NCBI GenBank assembly: GCA_044450965.1
Contig: JBIOJO010000006.1
Span: 22,459 to 86,458 of the forward strand
Source: Elusimicrobiota bacterium
Lineage (GTDB): Bacteria; Elusimicrobiota; Elusimicrobia; UBA1565; UBA9628
DNA: 64,000 bases
Reading direction: 5' to 3'
Of this stretch, positions 54,144 through 62,887 are shown piece by piece. Under the pieces are notes generated by a model. That model was not told the origin of the DNA. It saw nothing but the letters and a program-made list of their open reading frames with translations, and searched no databases. The position numbers were made by a program, and so were the translations under genes. The first letter of the stretch is position 1, and every line of letters begins with the position of its first letter.

Positions 54144-55574
54144 TTACGCGGCGACGGCCGGCGCTTCGCGTTTGATCGCGAGCATGTGGATGGGGTGCCC
54201 CAGCGCGGCCTCGCACGCCTCGGCGAAGGCCTCGTTCAGGGTCGGATGCGGGTGGATGGTCGCCGCCACCTGGGAGAGCGTCACGCCCACGGACACGGCC
54301 AGGCACGCCTCGCCGATCAGGTCGGACGCGTTCGGACCCACGAAGCCCGCGCCCAGGATGCGGCCGCTGCCCTTCTCCGCCACCACCTTGCAGAAGCCCT
54401 CGGTTTCCCGCACGGCCTGCGCGCGGCCGGACGCCATGAACGGGAACTTGCCCACCACGGTGTGGAGGCCGGCGGCCTTCGCCTCGGCGTCGGTCTGCCC
54501 CACCCAGGAGATCTCCGGGTCGGTGAAAACGGCCCACGGCACCGCGCCGCGCGGCTCCAAGGGCTTGCCCGCGATGGACTGCGCGGCCAGGATGCCCTCG
54601 CGGCTGGCCTTGTGCGCCAGATACGGCTGGCCCACCACGTCGCCGATCGCGTAGATGTTGGGCACGCTGGACAGCATTTCCGTGTCCACCACCACGTGGC
54701 CGCGCTTGTCGATCTCCACGCCGATCTTCTCCAGGCCCAGGTCCTTGCTGCGCGGGGCGCGGCCCACGGCCAGCAGGATCTTGTCGCAGGCGATCTTGCG
54801 GTTGCCGTCGGGCGTTTCCACGGCCAGCTCCAGCCGCTTCCCCTTCTTGGACCACGCTTTGGCCTTGGAGCCCAGCAGGACTTCCACTCCGAGCTTCTGG
54901 AGATTGCGCATCACGATGGACGCCATGTCGCGTTCGATCACGGGGAGGATGGAGTCCGTGAACTCCACGACGGTGACCTGGGTGCCCAGCTTCGCGAAGA
55001 TGGTGCCGATCTCCAGGCCGATCACGCCGCCGCCGATGACCGCCAGGGCCGCGGGCGCCTTCTGCAGGTCCAGCGCCTCCTTGGAGCCGAACACGTTGAC
55101 GCCGTCCGGCGCGAAGCCGGGGATGGCGATGGAGGTCGAACCGGTGGCCACGATGGCCTGGTCGAATTCGATCGTCTCCGTCCCGCCGTCGGCCTTGTCC
55201 ACGATGGCCGTGTGCGAGGAGGTGAAGCGCGCGATTCCGGGCAGGAACTCGCTCTTGTTGCCCTTGAGCAGGACGCCCACGTTCTTGACCACGCCGCCCA
55301 CCATCTGGTCCTTCCAGGCGATGACCTTGTCCCAGTCGATCTTGGACGCGGCGCCTTCCTCGAAGCCGGCTTCCTTGGCCTTCTTCGACTTATAGCGCGT
55401 CCCCGCGGCCGCGATCAGGGCCTTCGACGGGATGCAGCCGTAGTTCAGGCACTCGCCGCCCAGCTTGTCGCGGTCCACCACGACCGAGCGCTTGCCCAGC
55501 TGGCCCAGCTTGATGGCCGCGACGTAGCCGCCGGGCCCGCCTCCGATGATCAGAACGTCGGTCTTGATGGACAT
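54144..55574 (-). CDS. lpdA: dihydrolipoyl dehydrogenase (E3)
   Basis: FAD motif IIGGGPGGYVAA. Redox disulfide CLNYGCIPSK. C-terminal HPHPTLNE. Confidence 0.95.
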   Translation of the reverse strand: MSIKTDVLIIGGGPGGYVAAIKLGQLGKRSVVVDRDKLGGECLNYGCIPSKALIAAAGTRYKSKKAKEAGFEEGAASKIDWDKVIAWKDQMVGGVVKNVGVLLKGNKSEFLPGIARFTSSHTAIVDKADGGTETIEFDQAIVATGSTSIAIPGFAPDGVNVFGSKEALDLQKAPAALAVIGGGVIGLEIGTIFAKLGTQVTVVEFTDSILPVIERDMASIVMRNLQKLGVEVLLGSKAKAWSKKGKRLELAVETPDGNRKIACDKILLAVGRAPRSKDLGLEKIGVEIDKRGHVVVDTEMLSSVPNIYAIGDVVGQPYLAHKASREGILAAQSIAGKPLEPRGAVPWAVFTDPEISWVGQTDAEAKAAGLHTVVGKFPFMASGRAQAVRETEGFCKVVAEKGSGRILGAGFVGPNASDLIGEACLAVSVGVTLSQVAATIHPHPTLNEAFAEACEAALGHPIHMLAIKREAPAVAA

Positions 55575-55586
55575 GGGATTACCTCG

Positions 55587-57353
55587 TTAGAGCAAAGTGC
55601 GCGGATTCTCGAGATGACGGATGAGCGTGTTCATGAAGTTCGCCGCGTCCGCCCCGTCCACCACTCGGTGGTCGAAGGACAGGCACAGGTTCATCATGTC
55701 GCGCACGAAGATGCCGCCGTCGCGGTACACGGGCATCTTGCGGAGCTTCATCAAGCCGAGGATGGCGACCTCGGGATGGTTGACGATGGGGTTGGCGTAC
55801 AGGCCGCCGATGGGCCCGATGTTGGTGATGGTGAACGTCCCGCCCTGCAGCGCGGCGACCTCGATCTTGTTGGCGCGCACCTTCTCCGCCAGCGCGGACA
55901 CCGCCGCCGCCAGGCCGAAGATGTCCAGCCCGTCGGCGCCCTTGATGTTGGGCACCACCAGCCCCTGCGGCGCGGACACCGCGATGCCGATGTTGTAGTA
56001 GCGCTTCAGGACGATCTCCCCCGCTTCCTCATTCAACGAGGAATTGAAGCCCGGGAATTCCGCCAAGGACTTGGTCAGAGCCTTCACGATGAAGGGCAGG
56101 AAGGTCAGCTTCACGCCGCGGGACGCCGCGACGGGCTTCAGCTCGTCGCGCAGGGCCAGAAGGGCGGTCATGTCGCATTCGTCCACGTGCGTCACGTCGG
56201 CGACGGTGCGCTTGGACTGCGCCATCTTCTCGGCGATCTTGCGGCGGATGCCGACGAACGGGATTTTCACCTCGCCCTGAGACGCGGTTCCGGCGGGCGT
56301 GAAGGTGAGCGGCCCCTGCGGGGTTTTCGACGGGCCGGCGGACGGGCGCGCGGCGGGCGCCGCGGCCAGCACGTCGCCCTCCACGATTCTTCCGCCGGGA
56401 CCGGTGCCCGCCACGCGGGCCAGATCCACGCCAAGGGACAACGCGTAAGCCTTCACCGCGGGGGTGGCATTCGCGTTCACGTTCACGTTCGCGCCTGTTC
56501 CAGACGGCGTACCGCCTTTGAAATTTCTGACATCGGTTTCTAATACACGACCCTCGGGGCCCGTCCCCGCGATGCGCGTGATGTCGACGCCCATATCCTT
56601 CGCGAGCTTCCTCACCATGGGCGTGGCGGAGACATCGGTCTGGCGCAAAGCCGGCCGCGCCGAAGGCGCGGCGACGGCGGAAACAACGGAGATGGACGCA
56701 GGTTCGTCCGACTTCACGGGAGCGGCGCTCCCGCCGGTCACGCCGGTGTATGTCACCAGCGGTCCGTGCACCTTGACCTTTTGGCCCGGCTTGGCGTGCA
56801 GCACCGCGATCTTCCCCGCCTTCGGGCTGGGAATCTCCACCTCGGCCTTGTCCGTCAGCACCGAGGCGATGGGCTGGTGCTCGGCGACGACGTCGCCGAC
56901 CTTCACGTTCCACTTGACCAGTTCGCCTTCGACCAGTCCCTCTCCGATATCGGGAAGATTAAACACATAACCGCCGCCGGAGGCGGCGGACTTGGAAGCC
57001 TTGATCTCGGGCGCCGGGGCCGCCGCGACGGCCTTCGCCGCCGGAGCAGGGGCGGCTTTCTCGGCCTTGGCGGACACCGGTTTCTCCACCGTCGCCGCAG
57101 GCGACGATCCGTTTCCCGTCACCTCGAACGTCGCCAACGGCCCGTGCACCTTGATCTTCTCGCCGGGCTTGCCGAACAGCTTCACGACCTTACCGGCCTT
57201 CGGGCTGGGGATCTCCACTTCGGCCTTATCCGTCAAGACCGACGCTATGGGCTGGTGCTCGGTCACCGTGTCTCCCACCTTCACGAACCACTTCACGATC
57301 TCGCCTTCGACGAGACCTTCACCGATGTCCGGCAGCTTGAATTCGAAATTCAT
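55587..57353 (-). CDS. dihydrolipoamide acyltransferase (E2) with two lipoyl and two E3/E1-binding domains
   Basis: Start at MNFEF (GGAG 8 nt upstream). Two copies of VLTDKAEVEIPSP. Two PSBD-like segments (VRKLAKDMGVDITRIAGTGPEGRV and VKAYALSLGVDLARVAGTGPGGRI). Catalytic DHRVVDG. Confidence 0.9.
   Translation of the reverse strand: MNFEFKLPDIGEGLVEGEIVKWFVKVGDTVTEHQPIASVLTDKAEVEIPSPKAGKVVKLFGKPGEKIKVHGPLATFEVTGNGSSPAATVEKPVSAKAEKAAPAPAAKAVAAAPAPEIKASKSAASGGGYVFNLPDIGEGLVEGELVKWNVKVGDVVAEHQPIASVLTDKAEVEIPSPKAGKIAVLHAKPGQKVKVHGPLVTYTGVTGGSAAPVKSDEPASISVVSAVAAPSARPALRQTDVSATPMVRKLAKDMGVDITRIAGTGPEGRVLETDVRNFKGGTPSGTGANVNVNANATPAVKAYALSLGVDLARVAGTGPGGRIVEGDVLAAAPAARPSAGPSKTPQGPLTFTPAGTASQGEVKIPFVGIRRKIAEKMAQSKRTVADVTHVDECDMTALLALRDELKPVAASRGVKLTFLPFIVKALTKSLAEFPGFNSSLNEEAGEIVLKRYYNIGIAVSAPQGLVVPNIKGADGLDIFGLAAAVSALAEKVRANKIEVAALQGGTFTITNIGPIGGLYANPIVNHPEVAILGLMKLRKMPVYRDGGIFVRDMMNLCLSFDHRVVDGADAANFMNTLIRHLENPRTLL
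56742..57353 (-). repeat. tandem duplication encoding two lipoyl domains inside the E2 gene
   Basis: Residues 1-80 and 129-204 are near-identical in the core (LPDIGEGLVEGE(I/L)VKW.VKVGD.V.EHQPIASVLTDKAEVEIPSPKAGK). The DNA is visibly similar too. Confidence 0.7.
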
Positions 57354-57383
57354 GAGGGTTTCTCCGATGTGATCCATTCACGC

Positions 57384-57417
57384 GTATCGCCACTCGCTCC
57401 GGAGCGAGTCCCGATAC
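57384..57417 (-). other. 34-nt intercistronic hairpin between the E1 beta and E2 genes
   Basis: GTATCG-cc-ACTCGCTCC/GGAGCGAGT-cc-CGATAC. A perfect 18-nt palindrome core is flanked by a second 6-bp stem. Confidence 0.45.
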
Positions 57418-57450
57418 GAGATCGCGGATCGGCTGAATGGGATGTGTTCA

Positions 57451-58464
57451 TCAAAATTTGAGAGCCTTGCGCGCGGCCAGCACGACGCGGTCGGCGTCCG
57501 GGATATAGTACTGCTCCAAACGGAAGAGCGGCATGCGGATGTCCCAGCCGCCCACGCGCTCGACGGGCGCCAATAGCTTCAGAAACGCGCGCTCGGCGAT
57601 CAGAGCCGAGAGTTCCGCGGCCCAGGACCCGGTGTTCGGGGCTTCGTGGGCGATGACGCAACGGCCCGTCTTATGCACGGAAGCAAGAATTGCGTCGAGA
57701 TCCAGCGGTGAGAGAGTGCGAAGATCGACGATTTCGATGGAAGCCCCGTCTTCCGCGGCGAGCTTCGCCGCGGCCTTCTGGCAGGTGACGGTCATCGCGC
57801 CCCAGGTCAGAATGGTGAGATCATTCCCTTCTTGAACCAGACGCGCCTTGCCGATGGGCACGGTGTAATGACCCGACGGCACTTCGCCGACGGCCGAACG
57901 GTACAAAAGTTTCGGTTCGAAGAAGATCACAGGATCGGGCGATTCAATGGAAGCAAGAAGCAGCCCTTTGGCATCGTACGGCGTCGAAGGGATCACCACC
58001 TTGATTCCAGGTGTGTGGCAGAAGTAAGCTTCCGGGCTCTCGGAGTGGTGTTCCGGAGCGTGGATGAGACCGCCGTGAGGGGCGCGTAGTATGAGTGGCA
58101 CCGAAAGCCGGCCGCGGGAACGGGAACGGATGCGTCCCAGATGGCAGACCACCTGGTCGAACACCGAGGGCATGAAGCCGTCGAACTGGATCTCGGCGAT
58201 GGGCTTGAAGCCGTTCACCGCCAGGCCGATCGCGCTGCCCATGATGCCGATCTCGGCCAAGGGCGTGTCCACGACCCGCTCGTCGCCGTACTTCTTCCAT
58301 AAACCGTCCGTGGCCCGGAACACGCCGCCGTTGCGGCCCACGTCTTCGCCTAAGATGAGAACGCGCTTGTCGGCGCCTAAGGCGATGTCCAGCGCCTCGT
58401 TCACGGCGGTGACGAGGTTCAGGGTGCGAATTTTCGCCGGCTTCGCCGGCGGGGAGGGCCTCAC
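57451..58464 (-). CDS. pdhB: 2-oxoacid dehydrogenase E1 component beta subunit
   Basis: GTGA overlap with the E1 alpha stop, GGGAGG upstream. 337 aa by counting. LGEDVG..GGVFR and the transketolase-like C-domain. Confidence 0.9.
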   Translation of the reverse strand: MRPSPPAKPAKIRTLNLVTAVNEALDIALGADKRVLILGEDVGRNGGVFRATDGLWKKYGDERVVDTPLAEIGIMGSAIGLAVNGFKPIAEIQFDGFMPSVFDQVVCHLGRIRSRSRGRLSVPLILRAPHGGLIHAPEHHSESPEAYFCHTPGIKVVIPSTPYDAKGLLLASIESPDPVIFFEPKLLYRSAVGEVPSGHYTVPIGKARLVQEGNDLTILTWGAMTVTCQKAAAKLAAEDGASIEIVDLRTLSPLDLDAILASVHKTGRCVIAHEAPNTGSWAAELSALIAERAFLKLLAPVERVGGWDIRMPLFRLEQYYIPDADRVVLAARKALKF

Positions 58465-59588
58465 GGGAACCTCCCTTCCGTCGGGGGCAGTTCGGTGAGT
58501 ATTTTGGCGCCGCCCTTGAACTTGAGCAGCTCTTCCAGCTGTCCGCGCTGTTCGATCAAGGCCGCCGTCGCGTGCTCGTAGTTGTTCGCGAACATATCCA
58601 ACGGGTTCGGCGCCGGGAAATCCTCGTAGGCCTTCACTTCCGCGGCGATCCAGGACTTCGTGCTTCCCTCGAGCGCCTTTTCTTTCTTCTCGTCCCAAAG
58701 CGTCTTCGCGGTCAGATATTTCTTCATCCGCGTGATCGGGTCTTTCTTCTTCCAGGCCTCGACGTCCTTCTCGGAGCGATATCTCGTGGCGTCGTCGGCG
58801 GTGGTGTGATGCCCCATCCGGTAGGTCTCGCACTCGATGAGGGTGGGTCCGCCGCCGGAACGGGCTTTGGCGACGGCATCGCTTGTCGCCTTGTACACGG
58901 CCAGCGCGTCGTTGCCGTCGACTTGAATCCCTTCCACGCCGTAGCCCCAGGCCTTCTGCGCCAAAGTCTTGCTCGCGGATTGGCGCGAGCGCGGAACCGA
59001 GATGGCCCAGCCGTTGTTCTCGATGATGTAGATGGCGGGCAGCTTGAACTGGCCGGCGAAGGTCAGCGCCTCGTGCAGGTCGCCCTTCGAGGACGTGCCG
59101 TCGCCGCAGTAAGTCATCGCGACGCCGCCCTTCTTCTTGAGCTTCTCCCCCCACGCCAGCCCCGCCACCTGGGTCAGATGCGTGCCGACCGGGATGGAGA
59201 ACATCATGTCGTTGGAGCCGTCCGGGAAATGGGTGCCGCGGTCGTCGCCGGCCCAGTACAGCAGCGCGTAGCGCATCTGCATGCCGCGCGCGAAGTACAC
59301 CCCGCCGCCGCGGTAGGTGGGCACCGCCCAGTCGGACGCCTTCAGCGCCAACGGCGGAACGCACTGGGTGGCCTCCTGCCCGGTGATCATGGGGTAGGTG
59401 CCCAGGCGGCCGGAGCGCTGGAGAAGGATCGCGTTCGCGTCAAACTGACGAATCTGGAACATGAGCTTATACATCTTGAGCAAAAGCTCGTTAGAGACCT
59501 TGGGCATCAGGGAGGAATCGACGGCCCCATCCGGAGATAATATCTCCAGCCGTTTGACGTCCATGGTCCCGATGGTTTTAAGAGGCAT
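58461..59588 (-). CDS. pdhA: 2-oxoacid (pyruvate-type) dehydrogenase E1 component alpha subunit
   Basis: 375 aa. TPP motif CGDGTSSKGDLHEAL...NN and YRMGHHTTADD. The start overlaps the lipA end by 11 nt. Confidence 0.9.
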   Translation of the reverse strand: MPLKTIGTMDVKRLEILSPDGAVDSSLMPKVSNELLLKMYKLMFQIRQFDANAILLQRSGRLGTYPMITGQEATQCVPPLALKASDWAVPTYRGGGVYFARGMQMRYALLYWAGDDRGTHFPDGSNDMMFSIPVGTHLTQVAGLAWGEKLKKKGGVAMTYCGDGTSSKGDLHEALTFAGQFKLPAIYIIENNGWAISVPRSRQSASKTLAQKAWGYGVEGIQVDGNDALAVYKATSDAVAKARSGGGPTLIECETYRMGHHTTADDATRYRSEKDVEAWKKKDPITRMKKYLTAKTLWDEKKEKALEGSTKSWIAAEVKAYEDFPAPNPLDMFANNYEHATAALIEQRGQLEELLKFKGGAKILTELPPTEGRFP

Positions 59589-60483
59589 TCTTTTTCTCCA
59601 GATGCCCCTTCAGGAAGAGTTCGGCGGCGCGATAAGAGGAGCGAACAAAAGGGCCCGAAGCGACGTACATGAAGCCGTGCTCTCGGGCGATATCTCCGAA
59701 ACGGTCGAACTCTTCCGGAGTCACGAAACGATCGACCATCAGGTGATGCCTCGACCCGGTCGGGCGTAGATATTGGCCCAAAGTCAAAATATCGACCCCG
59801 ACGGAGCGTATATCCTTGAACGTCTGTATGATCTCGGCTTCGGTTTCTCCCAGACCCAGCATGAGCGACGTTTTGGTGGGCGTGCCGGGGCGGTACGACT
59901 TCGCGTGGCGCAATACTTCCAACGACTGGGAATAGCCGGCCTTCGCGTCACGAACCGAAGAAGTTAATCGCTCCACGCATTCGACGTTGTGGGCGACCAC
60001 GTCGGGGCCCGAATCGAGCACGACTTCCAGGAGCGCCTTGTCGCCGCGGAAGTCCTGCAGCAACATTTCGAGCTTCATGTCGGGACAAATATTTTTGATC
60101 TCACGGAGGCACGACGCCAAGTGAGACGCGCCTTGGTCCGGCAAATCATCACGACAAACCGTGGTCAGCACGGCGTACTCAACCGCCATCTCTTTCAGAG
60201 TGAGCGCCAATTTGGACGGTTCATCGACGTCCGGCGTCGGAGGCTTCAACGCCGTGCCGACGGAGCAAAAACGACAGCCCCGCGTACATGTATCGCCCAT
60301 GACCATGAATGTCGCCGTCCCGCCGCCCCAGCACTCGGACAGGTTCGGACACCGTGCTTCCTCGCAAACAGTCGACAATCCGCGCGAACGGGAAGCTTCT
60401 TTTAATCTCGCGACGACGGGCCCAGTCGGTAACGTGACCTTCAGCCAGGGCGGAAGGGCGCGGCGTTCCGAGACCGGGGCCAT
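59578..60483 (-). CDS. lipA: lipoyl synthase LipA
   Basis: Internal Met of ORF 59578..61068, 301 aa by counting. Cys clusters CEEARCPNLSEC and CTRGCRFC. Confidence 0.95.
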   Translation of the reverse strand: MAPVSERRALPPWLKVTLPTGPVVARLKEASRSRGLSTVCEEARCPNLSECWGGGTATFMVMGDTCTRGCRFCSVGTALKPPTPDVDEPSKLALTLKEMAVEYAVLTTVCRDDLPDQGASHLASCLREIKNICPDMKLEMLLQDFRGDKALLEVVLDSGPDVVAHNVECVERLTSSVRDAKAGYSQSLEVLRHAKSYRPGTPTKTSLMLGLGETEAEIIQTFKDIRSVGVDILTLGQYLRPTGSRHHLMVDRFVTPEEFDRFGDIAREHGFMYVASGPFVRSSYRAAELFLKGHLEKKNAS

Positions 60484-60485
60484 GG

Positions 60486-61418
60486 TCAGTGCGTGCCCTG
60501 GTCGGCCAGCCAGCGTTCCGCCTCGAGGGCGGCCTTGCAGCCGTTGCCCGCGGCGGTGATGGCCTGGCGGTAGCGGTCGTCCATCACGTCGCCGGCGGCG
60601 AACACGCCTTCCACGGAGGTGCGCGTGCGGTCGTCGGCGACGATGTAGCCCGCTTCGTTGGTCTTCAGGGCGCCGTTGAGGAAGCCGGTCGTCGGCGTGT
60701 GGCCGATGGCCACGAAGATGCCGTCGCACTTGACCGGGGTGATCGCGCCGGTCTTGAGGTTCTTGAGCTTGGCTCCGTCCACGTGGCCGTCCCCGGTGAC
60801 TTCCTCGATGGCGGAGTCCCAGAGGAAGGAGATCTTGGGGTTCTTCTTGGCGCGGTCGGCCATGATCTTCGACGCGCGCAGCGTGTCGCGGCGGTGCACG
60901 ACGGTGACCTTGCTGGCGAACTTGGTGAGGAAGTTGGCCTCCTCCATGGCGGTGTCGCCGCCGCCGACGACGAGCACGTCCTTGTTCTTGAAGAAGAAGC
61001 CGTCGCAGGTGGCGCAGGCAGACACGCCGTGGCCCATCAGCGCCTTCTCCGAAGGGATGCCCAGCCACTTCGCGTTCGCGCCGGTGGCGATGATCAGCGC
61101 CTGCGCGGAGGCCGCGGTGCCCTCGGTGGTCTCCACGTAGAACGGGCGGCGGGAGAGGTCCACCTTGGACACGTACTCGCGGACGATGGTGACGCCCAGG
61201 CGCTCCACCTGCTTCTGCATGCGCTCCATCAGGTCGGGGCCCGTCACGGGCTCCGGGAAGCCGGGAAAATTCTCCACGTCGGAGGTGATCATCAGCTGGC
61301 CGCCCATGGCGACGCCGCCGAAAACCAAGGGGTCCAGGTTGGCCCGCGCGGCGTAAATGGCGGCGGTGTAGGCCGCCGAACCGGATCCGATGATGACGAC
61401 TTTCTTCGATTGTGCCAT
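60486..61418 (-). CDS. trxB: thioredoxin-disulfide reductase
   Basis: 310 aa. IIGSGSAAYTAA, redox CATC (SACATCDGFFF), GGGDTAMEEA. Confidence 0.95.
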   Translation of the reverse strand: MAQSKKVVIIGSGSAAYTAAIYAARANLDPLVFGGVAMGGQLMITSDVENFPGFPEPVTGPDLMERMQKQVERLGVTIVREYVSKVDLSRRPFYVETTEGTAASAQALIIATGANAKWLGIPSEKALMGHGVSACATCDGFFFKNKDVLVVGGGDTAMEEANFLTKFASKVTVVHRRDTLRASKIMADRAKKNPKISFLWDSAIEEVTGDGHVDGAKLKNLKTGAITPVKCDGIFVAIGHTPTTGFLNGALKTNEAGYIVADDRTRTSVEGVFAAGDVMDDRYRQAITAAGNGCKAALEAERWLADQGTH

Positions 61419-61496
61419 GCGCCGATTATATCAATTTCGACCGGAGCGGCCGGGCCCCGGGTGGCGGGCGCTTCCCGGGCTTGATACACTGTTCGC

Positions 61497-61862
61497 ATGA
61501 CCTCGGACCTCATCCGCCTGCTGGGCGTCTCCTGCCGCTGCAAGGTGGGCGTCCCCCCCGCCGAGCGCCGCCGCCGGCAGGCGATCCTGATCGACGCCGC
61601 GCTGGAGACGGATGCCGCGCCCGCCGCCGCGCGCGACGATTTCCGCCGCGCGGTCGACTATCAAGCCGTCGAAGCCGCGATCCGCGCCGAGGCGGAGTCC
61701 CGGGAGTACGCCCTGATCGAAACCATGGCCGAGCGCGTCGCCGCGGCCGTCCTGCGGACCCAGCCTCTCGTCTCCGCCGTCACGGTCGCCGTCCGCAAGT
61801 CGCCCGCCGCCATGCCCAAGACGAGGGAAGTCGTCGTCGAAATCCGCCGGAAGAGGGCCTGA
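61497..61862 (+). CDS. folB: dihydroneopterin aldolase family protein
   Basis: 121 aa. Pattern LGV....VGVP..ER...Q.I.ID ... VDY ... IETMAE is typical of FolB. Confidence 0.75.
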   Translation: MTSDLIRLLGVSCRCKVGVPPAERRRRQAILIDAALETDAAPAAARDDFRRAVDYQAVEAAIRAEAESREYALIETMAERVAAAVLRTQPLVSAVTVAVRKSPAAMPKTREVVVEIRRKRA

Positions 61863-61865
61863 CCG

Positions 61866-62261
61866 ATGCCCCGGAAATGGGTCCTGATCATCGACGACGA
61901 TCCCACGGTGCTGGGGATGATGGAAACCGCCCTGGATCACCCCGACCTGTCGGTGACGACGGCCAAGGACGCGGCCGCCGGCTTCATCCAGGCCCAAAAT
62001 CTCAAGCCGTTCGTGATCATCTGCGACATCAACATGCCCGGCGACGGGAACGGGGCCACGGTGCTCAAGCGCCTGCGGGACGACGCCAACAATCCGCGCG
62101 TCCCGTTCATCTTCATGACGGGGATGGAGCCGGCGAAAGCCAAAGCGCTCCTGCCCCAGAACGATCCGACCATCGGGTTCATGCAGAAGCCGTTCGACAT
62201 GGAGCGCCTGCGCGAGTACGTTTGGAATTTGGCGGGAATCTCGAAAGGAGAAAAGAAATGA
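61866..62261 (+). CDS. single-domain response regulator (CheY-like receiver)
   Basis: LIIDDDP, phospho-acceptor context ICDINMPG, FMTG, QKPF. Confidence 0.85.
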   Translation: MPRKWVLIIDDDPTVLGMMETALDHPDLSVTTAKDAAAGFIQAQNLKPFVIICDINMPGDGNGATVLKRLRDDANNPRVPFIFMTGMEPAKAKALLPQNDPTIGFMQKPFDMERLREYVWNLAGISKGEKK

Positions 62262-62887
62262 TCATCCGAAAGCTTTTTCGTTTCGAGGCCGCGCACGTGG
62301 TGCGCAACTGCTCGTCGGACCGCTGCAAGTACTCGGTCCACGGCCACAGCTTCCGCTGCGAGCTTCTCCTGACCGCCGACCGCTTGGACCGCGGCCAGAT
62401 GGTCTACGACTTCGGCCTGCTCAAGAACCACGTGAAGTGCTTCCTGGACGCCTTCGATCACTCCACGCTGTTCTGGGAGAAGGAGGCGCCGGCCTACGCC
62501 AAGGCCATGAAGGAGCACTCCAAGCGCTGGGTCCAGCTTCCCGTCTCCCCCACCGCGGAGCAGCTGACCCGGGTCATTTTCGTCGCCGCCCAGGCCCTGC
62601 TCGACAACACGGAGAAGGCCAACGGCGACGACACCGCCCGCGTCCACTCCGTGATCCTGCACGAGACCGAGACCGGTTCCGCCCAGTGCTTCCGCGACGA
62701 CGCCTACAACGCGGACATGGGCGAGATCGGCCTGGACCGGATCGTCTTCTCCCCGCAGGTTCGCGCCGAATGGCACGACCCGAAGATGTGGGACAAGCTG
62801 CTGAAGGGCGTCCGCTTCCCGGCGGAGACGCCGGAAATCCAGATCCCGGACGAGTTCCCCCCGAAGCCGCGCTCGAAGGGACGCTAG
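62258..62887 (+). CDS. 6-pyruvoyl-tetrahydropterin / 6-carboxytetrahydropterin synthase family protein, long form
   Basis: ATGA overlap with the response-regulator stop, AAAGGAG upstream. FRFEAAH...C....HGHSF motif. 209 aa, against about 120-150 for typical QueD. Confidence 0.75.
   Translation: MIIRKLFRFEAAHVVRNCSSDRCKYSVHGHSFRCELLLTADRLDRGQMVYDFGLLKNHVKCFLDAFDHSTLFWEKEAPAYAKAMKEHSKRWVQLPVSPTAEQLTRVIFVAAQALLDNTEKANGDDTARVHSVILHETETGSAQCFRDDAYNADMGEIGLDRIVFSPQVRAEWHDPKMWDKLLKGVRFPAETPEIQIPDEFPPKPRSKGR

Noticed and set aside
54117-56543. 808-aa ORF on the plus strand
   Set aside because: It is antisense to lpd and E2, which have unambiguous catalytic motifs. Its composition is low-complexity and rich in Arg, Gly, His and Asp.
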